64,000 bases of DNA from Antedon mediterranea (Eukaryota; Animalia; Echinodermata). The notes beneath the pieces were generated by a model. That model was not told where the DNA came from and did no database searches. It worked only from the letters and a program-made list of their open reading frames with translations. Position 1 is the stretch's first letter; every line of letters begins with the position of its first letter. Of this stretch, positions 11,127-23,489 are shown in pieces. The stretch covers positions 10,951,888 through 11,015,887 of the forward strand of contig NC_092676.1 in the NCBI RefSeq assembly GCF_964355755.1. Direction: 5' to 3'. The translations under genes were made by a program, and so were the position numbers.

Positions 11127-13604
11127 ATGTAAAAAATATGTGTCTCTCCATCAACCCAACCACCTCCCCCTCTCTCGCTTTTCCAATGCTACTGCATGCA
11201 TCTATACACATCAAAATGGCCGGAATTGTACTGGAAAGTTTTTAGCTGCATTTGAAAATAAGTCCCAGAGGATGGGTGTATTGTAATGTTATCAGAATTA
11301 TGGCAATTGTTTATAATGGGAATCCGAAAGTTTTAAAACTACATTTGAAATATTTGCTAATAATATCACATGCTATTAAAGATATACTTATTTTCCCCCT
11401 GACAAAAGTAATTTTGACAAATATTTTTGTTGAATATGCAATTTTAATGTCACACATAACAGTTTCACCAAAATTGGATTGAAAAAAAAATGATATAGTG
11501 CATACCCAAAAAAACTGTAATTCAAAGCAAAAAATAGGCTGGAAGTCAATGTGATTTTGGATAAATTAACTGTTTATTTTGTCTTTAAAGTGATATTTAC
11601 TCTATTTTTTAGATTAGCTCTTTGATTAAACACCTCTTCCAGTGCAGTGAAGATCTTAAGTGTCGCCTTGTCTTACTAATCTTCCTTAACTTCTCTTTGA
11701 ACGATCGTAATCAATATTTGTTGAGGTATAATATTTCCCTCTAATATGGTAATGCCTGTTTTATTGAGTCAAATGCTTTCTGATAATCTCTAAATCAAAG
11801 ATTTGGTGATATTCATTTCCTTTTTATTTTAGTTGATTGACAAACTGTATAAGATGGTCCTACTGTATAAAGCCTTATATATTGGTTTATTTACTTCTAG
11901 TCGGTCTCTGATTTTGTTTTTTGATTACTTTTGTAAATTATTTGTGTACATGTGATAATGTTCGTTTGGTCGGTAATGGTTGATGTCAGTTTTGTCATGT
12001 TTTTGTGGATTAAAGTATAATTATCATTGCTTCTCTTAATTTCTTCTGGTTTCAAAGATTTTGTTGTATAGTGTTATGAGCTGGATGTGTTATTGCCTCA
12101 TCAAGCCAAGAAGGTAATTTTGACTGCTCACTGGTTTGTTTTTCCTTTTATATTCCACTACAGTATGTTCTTGAAAAGAAATCAGCTTTGTAATTAATTT
12201 GTCTTTGATCCTTTTCAGATTTCTAATATTTTAAACATATGTTTTTCTTTTCTTCGCTTTTTCCTCACTGTTTCAAACATTTTATTTTTTCAGCATACTT
12301 CAAGCAATTAATTGATAATTAGGTCATATGTTTTATGAGTATCAAATCGCATTGGTTAATTCTTCTTTTCTTTCTTTAAGATCCTGATTTTCTTTGTTTT
12401 TTTTTAAAATGTTATTTAACTTATTTTATCTAATTTTTTGTTGCTCTTACGGTGTAGGCCTACCATGCGATGGAATTATATATTGAAATTAAATTAAACA
12501 TTAAGTTTTAAGAAAATTGTAAAAGGCTAAATAGGATATTGAATGTAGTTCTGGTCCACTAAATCTATATTTTAGGTATATTATTATAAGTATGACACAC
12601 GCACGCTTAACAGTATATCCTGGTCATACCTCAAACTGGCATTTCCAGTAAAAATATGATAACATCTTCTATTAGAGCTAATATAAATGTTTACATTTTG
12701 AACATTTTGACACCAAGTTGAACTTTTTATGACATTTGGTTACAGAGATACAGACATATTTAAACATTAAAGGTCAAAGGTCAGTAAATGACATTTCCTG
12801 TGGATTTGGAAGAACATGTTTAATTAGAGTATATATAAATATGTATGCTCTTAACAATTTGAAACAAATTTCAAGAAATTTTGACCAGTAGTTATTGAGA
12901 TATAGTAAGCCGAGGTCAAAGGTCAAAACATTGAGAAATTACATTTCCGTTCGTTTTTTTGAAAAAAGTTCTATTAGAGCGAATATAAATATGTACCCTC
13001 TGATCTATTTGACACCAATATCATTTCAATTGTCAAACCCGTTGCGGAGATATGGCTGTTTAACACTTTGACTGCCAGAGGTTTTTTCAGTTAGAAACTG
13101 CCACCGCCAGCGTTTATAGCCCAATTCGATGTTCTTATTAAAGCTGATTGAAACTATGTATGTGATCTGATTTACATGTAATTTAGACTAAAATAATCAT
13201 AAAGATTTTAGCTTTACAATGGTACCAAGAACGATTTTCAAATCGCAATATGTAAATCGTAATAGTAAAATGAAAGTAACCCACTTTTTGAGTTTTGAGT
13301 AGTTTCGCGCAAGAAAGTCGAGATATTCGCGATTTTTTGCAAGACATCACAATATGAAAATATCGCCCGGTGAGATCAACAAACAACAAAAAAGTTACTT
13401 ACACGGCACCGGTAGGCCTATAAAAACAAGTTATCACTATCGAAAAATGTATTACATTTTATAAATCATAAATCTTACATCAATGTTTCGCCAAAATCCA
13501 CATAGTAAAGACACCAGGCCTAGTTAACTAGCCTAGGCCTAAAGTTGGTCCGGAACCATTTTACGACTAGGCCTATAGGCTATAGCCTATAGGCTATAGC
13601 CTAG

Positions 13605-15678
13605 GGAGTATGGTTGAAGCGGCCGCCAAGCAAAGCGGCCGCCAGTTTAATATCGTCATTTATATGGAACGCCATGTGCGCTTTAATCTTTGATTGTCGT
13701 TGTCAACACCATGGCCTATGGCAGCTGTATGTATGGTCAAACCAATAAATATAAGCCAAATCATGAACTATCGAATCTTTATATTTCTATAAAAATTAAT
13801 GTATATTTTATTTGTATTTTAATACTGTTAACTAACTAAATATATTTACATATACCATCGAATCATTAATAATTTACGTTTGTATCATAATCTACGTACT
13901 ATTGAACCTTTATATCTCATTTACTATTTATTTATTTATATCTCTTTTTTTTAATATTGGCAGTGAAGGGAAAAAATAACGTTGAACTAACCCGACGTTT
14001 CTCGGGCACTCTCCTATCGAATCTTTATACATACGTATTGCATTAATAATTTACGTACGGTATTGCCGAATCTTTATATCTCATTTACATACTATCGAAA
14101 CTTTATACTGTACAGTATTGCAATAATTTACGTACGGTATTGCCGAATCTTTATATCTCGTTTACATACTATCGAATCTTCATACAGTATTGCAATAATT
14201 TACGTACGGTATTGCCGAATCTTTATATCTCGTTTACTTTACTATCGAATCTTCATACAGTATTGCAATAATTTACGTACGGTATTGCCGAATCTTTATA
14301 TCTCATTTACATACTATCGAATCTTCATACAGTATTGCAATAATAATTTACGTACGGTATTGCCGAATCTTTATATCTCGTTTACTTTACTATCGAATCT
14401 TCATACAGTATTGCAATAATGATTTACGTACGGTATTGCCGAATCTTTATATCTCGTTTACTTTACTATCGAATCTTCATACAGTATTGCAATAATTTAC
14501 GTACGGTATTGCCGAATATTTATATCTCGTTCACTTTACTATCGAATCTTCATACAGTATTGCAATAATAATTTACGTACGGTATTGCCGAATCTTTAAA
14601 TCTCGTTTACTTTACTATCGAATCTTTATACAGTATTGCAATACTAATTTACGTACGGTATTGCCGAATCTTTATATCTCGTTTACTTTACTATCGAATC
14701 TTCATACAGTATTGCAATAAAAATTTACGTACGGTATTGCCGAATCTTTATATCTCGTTTACTTTACTATCGAATCTTTATACAGTATTGCAATACTAAT
14801 TTACGTACGGTATTGCCAAATCTTTATATCTCATTTAGGCCTACATACTATCGAATCTTCATACAGTATTGCAATAATAATTAACGTACGGTATTGCCGA
14901 ATCTTTATATCTCATTTACAATGTGTACTATCGAATCTTGTTTTTTTATTGATTAGTAATAGGGTGTGTTATACATTAAGTGTTATTCCATTGTAATACA
15001 TTGTTTGTGTTTTCAATAAAGCAACATGGGGACGAAAACGCGACCTTCTACAGCCGGCCGTGTAGTTATTAGCAGAAATTCGCGTAATTAATTACCGTAC
15101 CGTACAGACACTTGCATCTTATTTTAGTATTTAAAACTCATTTTAAATTGATCAATATTTAGATATCTGAAGGTATAAAATAATTTAGGATATTAAATAA
15201 ATGAATTGATGTCATCATGTTATTGTAATTATTATGATTGCGAACACTACTACAGTAGTTACTTTACTAATTAATTAATATACAATAACAAATATATATA
15301 TTTTGATATAATTTATTGAAAATATATATACATTATTCTTAATAATTGGCTTATTATATATTATATTAATATACAATACAAACACCACAATGTATTTTAT
15401 TGACTTTATTAAACATATCATTTAGAACAGTTAAAGTAAGTAATCATCGATTCGCCATTTCGTTTAAAAGAACGTATCACATTCAATCTGTAAAAAAAGA
15501 GAATAAATTACATAATAATTTAGATTGTTATTTACGTCCGAGGTAAAGAAAACCTGTCGAAACAATGACAATCAAAGATTACAAAACAACGACAATCAAA
15601 GCGCACACGGCGTTCCATACAAATTACCGTTATTGAACTAGCGGCCGCTTTGGTTGGCGGCCGCTTCGACCGTAATCC
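13605..15678. mobile_element. 2,074-bp non-autonomous TIR DNA transposon, copy 2
   Basis: Same length and almost identical to 3116-5189, but with a different TSD, TAGCCTAG (13597-13604, 15679-15686), so an independent insertion. Confidence 0.93.
14048..14939. repeat. Internal minisatellite, 72-77-bp unit x ~12 (copy 2)
   Basis: Same array as 3559-4450. Confidence 0.95.
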
Positions 15679-16699
15679 TAGCCTAGTACTACTAGCCTAG
15701 CTAGTAAACTGATGATAATATTCATACCATTTCTAAACAAGTTTGTTGCGTGAAACTCGGCCACTTACAGTGAAGCACCAAAACAATTTGGGTATACATA
15801 CAATAATAAAATCAAAGACTTCATACTGAAAATTCATCCATTATTTTTTATTCAGATAACAAACAAACATGCAAATCCACATAAACCTTTGTAATGCTTC
15901 GGCGGCATAGCTAGCGCGCGACCGATACACAATGCGCCAAACCATCGCTGTACGCGCTACTGTGATGCGCGGTGTATGTTATTTCGACAGGTACCATTTT
16001 GACAATCGTTCGTAACCAGATTAGTTACTTTCAAAAAGTAAAATATTCACGGTCCAGACCGAATATAGTGTCCATATTTATAGTATATACCAATAATTAA
16101 CCTATCTACCGGATTTCGTAAAAAAAACGCGAAAAACGAAGATCTTCGTGTTTGGCAGTCGGTCAGAGGTCACAGAGGTCAAATCAGATTTCCAGTAACT
16201 TTGTTTTGGTATCTCCATATCATGTTCTATCAACATGCCAAAGGGCACACTTGTATCCACTATGGTAACATCATTTCCCCTTAGGGACTGGACTACCAGG
16301 ACTAAAAAAATCGATCAAAATCCGTCTCGATTTAGTCGAGGTTGGCCTGATTTAGTCGGTAATTTAGTTGAAGTTCGGTTTATGAATTAAAATGACATCA
16401 TTTTTTTAATTTTAGCTCGAACTACGACTAAAGTCCCGTTTAAGAATACGGGCGGTAGACTCAAGTAGAATAAGATCTTTATTCGTCAAAACCAAATATC
16501 ACAATAACATAACAACCAGCGGCCATAGTGTGTATGTAAACCCAGCTAGGGGTGCTAGACTGGCGCAATCATTTTTTTTTCTTTTTTCAAAAACTCAAAA
16601 GTCAACAAAACAAAACAAAGCAGGCAAAAGCACTCAAAATTCTGAAGACAAGCATGTATAATATAATTACTATATAAAACGTATGAAACATTATAAATC

Positions 16700-17055
16700 A
16701 AGAACGTTATAATCAGAGAGATGACTAGGAAATCTGCGTGAACGTGTGGATGTGCGATGAGACAACTGTGCTGGAACTTCCATTGGTGATTCTTCCGGGT
16801 TCTGTATGGATGATGACTTGTCGTTCACCTCATTAGGAGAGGCTGAAAGTGTTGACGGTACATCGGGTGGAGGAAATGGAGAGACGGATCAACTGTGAAA
16901 TCAGGTTCTTCAACAGAGGTGTCGCAGCGATGTCATTTAGCTCCATAAAATGAGTTCCGGCAAGAATGTCGACGTCAAGTTTTTCGACGACGAGACCCTC
17001 AAATTTGAATTCCCTGTCGTCCCTTGTGAGAATAATTGTTGTTTCGCAACTCACA
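16700..17055 (-). mobile_element. Ty3/Gypsy pol remnant (protease C-terminal part joined to integrase tail)
   Basis: LVVEKLDVDILAGTHFMELNDI resembles a retropepsin C-terminal motif; RTSTRSRRFPSHLSDY near 16710-16760 is a typical Gypsy pol terminus. Confidence 0.6.
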
Positions 17056-17280
17056 CCCTAACTTAACTCTTATACCTCTCCTCCAATCAGTAACCTCCAC
17101 ACTCCTTCTCTGCAACACAAATACTCTGCTCCACTGGCTTCACACAATAGCTTCCTAAAACAAAAGAAAGGTTCAAATAGTGAAAACAAAGGGAAAGTAA
17201 AAATGGACTAGCAAAATATATACAGTATACAACTTTATGTCACTTGTGACACTCTTCATGTTAGCGCACTCATGTGTCAC

Positions 17281-17338
17281 TAATAATAATAATAATAATA
17301 ACAATAATAACAATAATAATAATAATAATAATAATAAT
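17281..17338. repeat. (TAA)n microsatellite
   Basis: About 19 TAA/CAA triplets. Confidence 0.95.
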
Positions 17339-17581
17339 GGTACTGTTCTTAAAACAATGTTTGTGTACTTACGATTAAACAAAACGTAGCACCACGGCTT
17401 CCGTAAAATATCTCAGTATCGTAAGTACCGCTTTCACAAAATCTCAATAAAGTAGGGCCTACAGTTGATCCTAAACAGCCACCAATCTATGGCAAAATAC
17501 AGTAGATCAAACTGCTACCACAAAATATCACAACAGTACTGTAGATAAATACACAGTTAAGTCGAACAGTAGATCGAAATA

Positions 17582-18058
17582 ACCGCTGCCACCAAATTAT
17601 GTCACGAACTCCTCTCACGTATGTTTCCGAGCGGTTGAAAATACTTTAGGAACTCCCTTGTGACATAAAAGTATACACACAAAATCCACAAAGTTGTAAA
17701 ATAACTCAAAAACAAAGCTTTAATTTCAATCAACTTCAACTTTTAACAATCCAGTAAGCACTTTAAACAACAGCTTCACAATGACTTTACAATATCTTTA
17801 CAATATAACATCCAACCTCTAATCCAACAACCTTACAATAGTTTACAACCCTTTATATACAAGATGCTCCTATCCTTCTAGATCATTCTTTATACTTCTC
17901 ATTATTACATGATTACAGTTTCTATTAATAGCACTTCTGGAATGTTCTTGATTGTTCTTATTAATTATACATGGTTTATTAAATCAAAACATCTTATTCT
18001 AGAATGTTCATGTAAATACTATGTTACTCTATATGTTAGGGAATGGTAATTTATTACA
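17582..18058 (-). mobile_element. 5' LTR (TG..CA, 17600-18058) plus tRNA-Leu primer-binding site of an LTR retrotransposon
   Basis: Minus strand reads TGTAATAA...GTGACA-TAATT-TGGTGGCAGCGGT; the last part is complementary to the tRNA-Leu 3' end ACCGCTGCCACCA. Homologous to 28798-29285. Confidence 0.8.
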
Positions 18059-18060
18059 GG

Positions 18061-18775
18061 CTGGTTAAAAAGAATTATGAATGATGATGGTGCTAAATGG
18101 AAAAGTATTCCAATGTATTATATTAAAACAATAATGTGATGTTAATGTTTTACTTAATATTTTATATTATAGTATTATTGATGATAATTCAGATAATATT
18201 CCACTGTTTTACAAAAATATGATAAAAGCCTACATAAATTATAACAGAATCTCAAAAAAAAAACCTGAAACTTATGACGATATAATGAATGAGCAACTGT
18301 GAGGAAACGTTAAACTAAAAAATGAATCGCTTTTCTACAAGCATTGGATTGCCAGTGGCATTATTCGTATTAAAGACATTGTTAATAAGAACATTTTTTT
18401 TAACATCAAACGATTTACTGGTGAAACTACAATGTAAAACAAACTGGTTAAATGAGCATTTGTGCATTATTGAGGCAATACCAATTCAGTGGAAATGTAT
18501 TATAAGATGCAGATATTTTCAAATCTGATGAAAAATAATAAGTTAGCTGGTACCAAATATGAGGTTAATATTACCAAAGTAATATATTCATGGTTTGTGA
18601 AAGAATATTTCATTATTCCAATGTCACAACTAAAATTGGAAGAGTACTTCAATGATAACAACATAGATTGGATAACATCTTGGTTACGGAAAGTATGTAA
18701 AATGAAGGATAAGAAACTAGCACAATTCAATTATAAGTGTTACATAGAATACTGCCTACCAACAGGCAAATGTGG
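18061..18775 (+). mobile_element. L1/Tx1-clade LINE ORF2 C-terminal remnant
   Basis: Interrupted frames give WLKRIMNDDGAKWK, IPLFYKNMIKAY, FYKHWIASGIIRIKDI, KLAQFNYK.LHRILPT. Confidence 0.7.
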
Positions 18776-18779
18776 ACTC

Positions 18780-18970
18780 ATTTTGTGACACGTTTCTCTT
18801 TCGGAAGTAATTCCCAGGGTGCTAATTTGAGTTGACTCCAAAATCATCGTGTTTATTTATTCGTTTCTGTAAACGACAATGTATTATAGTCCTGTGGTAC
18901 GTACAAAAATAGGATTTTTACGCTGAAATTACTATGTATTCGAGAACCATCTGTGGGCACGACCATCTAG
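18780..18970 (+). repeat. Dispersed repeat, homologous to 44992-45189; ends in CTAG (possible Helitron-like 3' end)
   Basis: Shared TTTCTCTTTCGGAAGTAATTCCCAGGGTGCTAATTT..GAGAACCATCTGTGGGCA; homology stops at CTAG followed by T in both copies. Confidence 0.6.
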
Positions 18971-20591
18971 TATGTATCAATTGTATATTAATCTTAATTT
19001 ATAATAGTATTTTTGGTACATAAACAATAATGTAGAAGTTCTAGCTACGATATCATCACCGTGAACTTTACATTTTAAATCATTACTAATTGTTACGTAT
19101 AATATTTGAATGTGGCTAACCTTCTCAAACTCAGTGGCATAAATGAAGAAACCGGAAGGCGAACATCTCTGCCGAGAAAACTAATTTACATAGAGCGACA
19201 TTTCCGTAATTATAATATTTCCCAATTTGGCTCCCGAATAATATTAACCATAAATGAAAATTCATTCTCATGTTTAATTAGTGCGATTACTGAGAGTTAA
19301 TAAAATGGCTTGAGATGGCTTGAGATTACAACATTTCTAGATTTTGCTATGCCATTTTGAAGCATCATTATAAGTTTCAGGTTAGCAATGGAATTAGTAT
19401 AAAAAGCAGCCGTAGCTTGCTTGATTGCATTGTGAGCTGCGTTGCAAGATTTCCTCCAATGTCCAGTTTATTTATTTATTATTATTTGCTTATGTGAAGC
19501 AAAAAGGGGTCTTTCCATTTAACTTCTTCAATTCGTGAATCCATTTGACTTTTGACTAAATAAGGTGCAGTGAGGCATATTTAGACTGACTTCTTCTATT
19601 GTGCGGAAAAGAATGCATCCTTTAATTCTTATCGGGCATTTAATTCAAACAAACCCATAGGCCTATTATTTTATCAATTTGTCGACCGCCCCTGAATGCT
19701 GACCTCTAATAAAAATAAATTATAACGGCGCTGAAACAATGTGTTTTAATCAAAAGTGGAAGTAGGCCTACTTTACTCATACACATTAGGCGCAGGAGCC
19801 CCGGATAGCGTTACGAAGTCGTTAACTCTGTCAGCCCATGGTCAACCCAACTAATGTGTTTTTCCCAAGGACAACTTATCAATAACTAAACTTTGTCACC
19901 ACCCATAAGTGTGCTGTTCATTTCCTATTGACCAATGAACACCAATGTAACTGGACCTGAGTTTCTTGCTATTCGACCTTGGGTGCAAATTATACAATTA
20001 ATTGATGTTAAGGCCACTGACTACTCTTTTCTGTATAGAAACACAGAATTGACTGAATAATAAGAAAACCCTTCAACAATTTCTACTACTACTTGATATG
20101 GTGTTATACAAGAACTATATTAAAAGAATTGAATGTATGGAGAATGAAAAGTTAAACGTTATAACTTATATGTAAAACATCACTTAGATGATATCTATCA
20201 GATATATCATTTTCTAGAAATTGTTTCATTAGTTAGAATAGATCACGGAAAACCAATACCAATACTGATCTGGACTCGGAAATTCAAAATGTAGCAGGCA
20301 ACGTTTCACCAATGAAAACTTTCAAGACAAACAAAGTATCATAATTATCATGATATCCATTTTTATTTAATAACGATAAATGGATATAAATATTTCGTCT
20401 TTTTTGTTATTTTGTGATGGAAAATATATTGAGTGAACATTGGCACTGAGCTTAAATGTTCCCCGTCCCCTTAATGTCCGCTTTATAGGAGTGTCCCCTC
20501 AGTAAGGATTTGCTGTTTTTCCCCTTAATAATAAATTATGATGTCCATCTTATCCTCTCAATTTTAATGTGCTACACCCGATAATAGAATA

Positions 20592-20762
20592 CACATCTAG
20601 CTCGTGTGTACTTTAAAGAACCTAGTACATCTTTCGAGACGAGTGGGGGGTTACCCCGGTGTATTAGTACATCACAGCCACTGATCACCAACTTAGCCCC
20701 CTGGGAGACCAGTCTTTGACTGAAGAGGTTACCTAGTATAAATATATATTTCAATTCAATTC
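20592..20762 (+). mobile_element. 5'-truncated SINE with MetaSINE-like core and (TTCAA)n tail
   Basis: TAAAGAACC..CGAGACGAGTGGGGGGTTACCCCGGTG resembles the Meta domain; flanked by direct repeat AATAGAATA (20583-20591, 20763-20771). Confidence 0.65.
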
Positions 20763-20789
20763 AATAGAATAACTGTACAGTAGGCTCCC

Positions 20790-22330
20790 ATTTGATGCAA
20801 TGCGTTACCCAATGTGCTCAATTTGATTGTGCTACCCAAATCCATGCTATCCATTTGAAATAATTCGCTATCCATTTGAAAGAATGTGCTACCCGATAAT
20901 CCGTATAGAATAATGTACAGTACAATTATATCCATTTGATTGTGCTACCTAATGTGCTATCCATTTGAAATAATGTGCTATCCATTTGAAAGAATGTGCT
21001 ATCCATTTGAAAGAATGTGCTACCCGATAATCCGCATAGAATAATGTACAGTACAGTACTATGATCCATTTAATTGTGCTACCCAATGTGCTATCCATTT
21101 GAAAGAATGTGCTATCCATTTGAAAGAATGTGCTACCCGATAATCCGTATAGAATAATGTACAGTACTATATCCATTTTATTGTGCTACCTAATGTGCTA
21201 TCCATTTGAAAGAATGTGCTACCCGATAATCCTTATAGAATAATGTACAGTACTATATCCATTTGACTGTGCTACCTAATGTGCTATCCATTTGAAAGAA
21301 TGTGCTACCCGATAATCCGTAGGCTATAGAATAATGTACAGTACAATTATATCCATTTGATTGTGCTACCTAATGTGCTATCCATTTGAAATAATGTGCT
21401 ACCCGATAATCCTTATAGAATAATGTACAGTACTATATCCATTTGATTGTGCTACCCAATGTGCTATCCATTTGAAATAATGTGCTATCCATTTGAAATA
21501 ATGTGCTATTTGAAAGAATGTGCTACCCGATAATCCGTATAGAATAATGTACAGTACAATTACATCCATTTGATTGTGCTACCTAATGTGCTATCCATTT
21601 GAAATAATGTGCTATCCATTTGAAATAATGTGCTATCCATTTGAAAGAATGTGCTATCCATTTGAAATAATTTTCTATCCATTTGAAAGAATGTGCTACC
21701 CGATAATCCGTATAGAATAATGTACAGTACTATATCCATTTGACTGTGCTACCTAATGTGCTATCCATTTGAAAGACTGTGCTACCCGATAATCCGTATA
21801 GAATAATGTACAGTACTATATCCATTTGATTGTGCTACATAATGTGCTATCCATTTGAAATAATGTGCTACCCGATAATCCTTATAGAATAATGTACAGT
21901 ACCGGTACTATATCTATTTGATTGTGCTACCCAATGTGCTATCCATTTGAAATAATGTGCTATCCATTTGAAATAATGTGCTATCCATTTGAAAAATATG
22001 TGCTATCCATTTGAAAGAATGTGCTATCCATTTGAAATAGGCCTAATGTGCTATCCATTTGAAAGAATGTGCTACCCGATAATCATAGAATAATGTACAG
22101 TACTATATCCATTTGATTGTGCTACCTAATGTGCTATCCATTTGAAATAATGTGCTATCCATTTGAAAGAATGTGCTACAGTATCCATTTGAAAAAATGT
22201 GCTATCCATTTGAAAGAACGTGCTACCCGATAATCCGTATAGAATGCACAGTACAGTTATATCATTCATTTGATTGAGCTATCTATTGTGCTATCCGTTT
22301 GAACTAATGTGCTGTCTGTTTGAAATAATT
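20790..22330. repeat. Modular satellite (21-bp, ~53-bp and 12-bp modules, all starting TGTGCTA)
   Basis: A=TGTGCTATCCATTTGAAA(G/T)AA; B=TGTGCTACCCGATAATCCGTATAGAATAATGTACAGTACTATATCCATTTGAT; C=TGTGCTACCTAA; order B-C-A(n). Confidence 0.95.
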
Positions 22331-23489
22331 CAGGTTTTTTTAAAAAATATGGTTTGCTATCCATTTTAAACGTGCTAAACAAGTTACATATTTGTTGAAA
22401 TAAATTTGCGGTACACCACGTAGGCCTATATTAGTTCTGAAAAGAACTGTTGAGTTGCTTGACGTTTCGATTTAGGCCTACTCCAAAGTCAAAGTCTCCA
22501 AAGCTATTCCATCATGTCGTATTCGGGGAATCGCCCACAAGTGTTTTCTCAGAGAAGGGTATGTTCTGTATGGGGTTCTGTATGCTATTTGTTAATGATG
22601 TACAAAAAATGAAATGAAAAATCATATTAATTATCGGTATGTACGGAGAGGAAGCTCGAACAAGACGAAGCGCGAAACAAATAAAAGCGCAGCGCGAAAC
22701 ATCTGAAATGATATACAATTTCTCAAAACATGAAAACACAGAATATATTATATTAATATAACTTTTTAATATTTCCAAAGGCTCGGACAAGGAAGAAGGG
22801 CCTTAAAAAACTGAATTGCTATATGTTAGACCACATTTCCATAACTTTTCAAAACTCATCGAACCCTCTGCTAGTAGGCCTAATTAATATAGCAGCGTAT
22901 CGCCAAATCATTAGAGAAAAAAAAACATGGCATGAAGATGTAATTAATCAAACAACGGCCAAAGAATACCAACAATTTTAATTTAGGTTTCGATTCGTAA
23001 TTACTAATGTGGTGGACTAAGCCTAGTTTGAAACTATAGTGACCATTTATTTTAGAAAGAAAGATAGACAAATTTGTTTCCATCTCCATGTTATTGTTAA
23101 TACCAAGGCACTTTTCAATTAAAAATTCTGGCCTAGTATTCTTGCAAGGTCGTCACAGCTCCAGTTACAAAGGTCGTCACAGCTCCAGTTACAAACGGTG
23201 ATACAAAGTGTCAATCATTTGACCAGTGAACAGCCCACTGGTAGGATAGTCCTTGAAACCGTCCGTAAAACACATTAATCACTCACATCAGTCATGCCGC
23301 TAATGGTTGAAAACCCCACTTTCTGGGGTTTTCAAACGTAACGCTATCCGGGGCTCCTGCGCCTAATGACTTTTTTCCCAAATTTGTTTTCCTTATGGTA
23401 TGATAATTTTTTTTCCAGATTTATAGGGGGCGCGCGTGCGGAGGGTGCTCTAGATCCGCCACTGTTAATATAGATTCCTTGCCGAAAAG

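Larger units (their letters stand above)
10256..16295. mobile_element. Non-autonomous Academ-type DNA transposon (TAG..CTA termini, 3-bp TSD CCA)
   Basis: Termini TAGTCCAGTCCCTAAGGGGA / TCCCCTTAGGGACTGGACTA with ~140-bp imperfect TIR. TSD CCA, with a single CCA at the empty site 6647-6649. Internal inverted arrays of TGACCTTTGACC-containing subrepeats (10440-10900 vs 12640-13070). Confidence 0.9.
7686..16454 (+). mobile_element. MITE copy B (~0.93 kb without insertions), interrupted by two nested elements
   Basis: TIR CGCCCGTATTCTTAAAC(C/G)GGACTTTAGTCGTAGTTCGA at 7686 and inverted, ending at 16454. TSD ambiguous (TA if the termini extend by one base); superfamily uncertain. Confidence 0.85.
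19784..23368. mobile_element. 3,585-bp non-autonomous TIR element carrying a satellite
   Basis: Perfect 32-bp TIR CATTAGGCGCAGGAGCCCCGGATAGCGTTACG; TSD short and ambiguous; no coding capacity seen. Confidence 0.85.
19700..23464 (+). mobile_element. 3' part of a hAT-like MITE (family of 42268-43106) split by a 3.6-kb insertion
   Basis: 19700-19783 and 23369-23464 align contiguously to 42909-43106 and end in GATCCGCCACTG. Confidence 0.75.

Noticed and set aside
3116-15678. Assembly artefact or segmental duplication explaining the 2-kb identity
   Set aside because: Identity stops exactly at the TIRs and each copy has its own 8-bp TSD.
17173-17382. Poly-Leu signal-peptide-like ORF
   Set aside because: Reverse translation of the (TAA)n microsatellite.
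20790-22330. Repeat-spacer appearance suggesting a CRISPR array
   Set aside because: The intervening segments are themselves repeated modules, not unique spacers; eukaryotic context and no cas genes.
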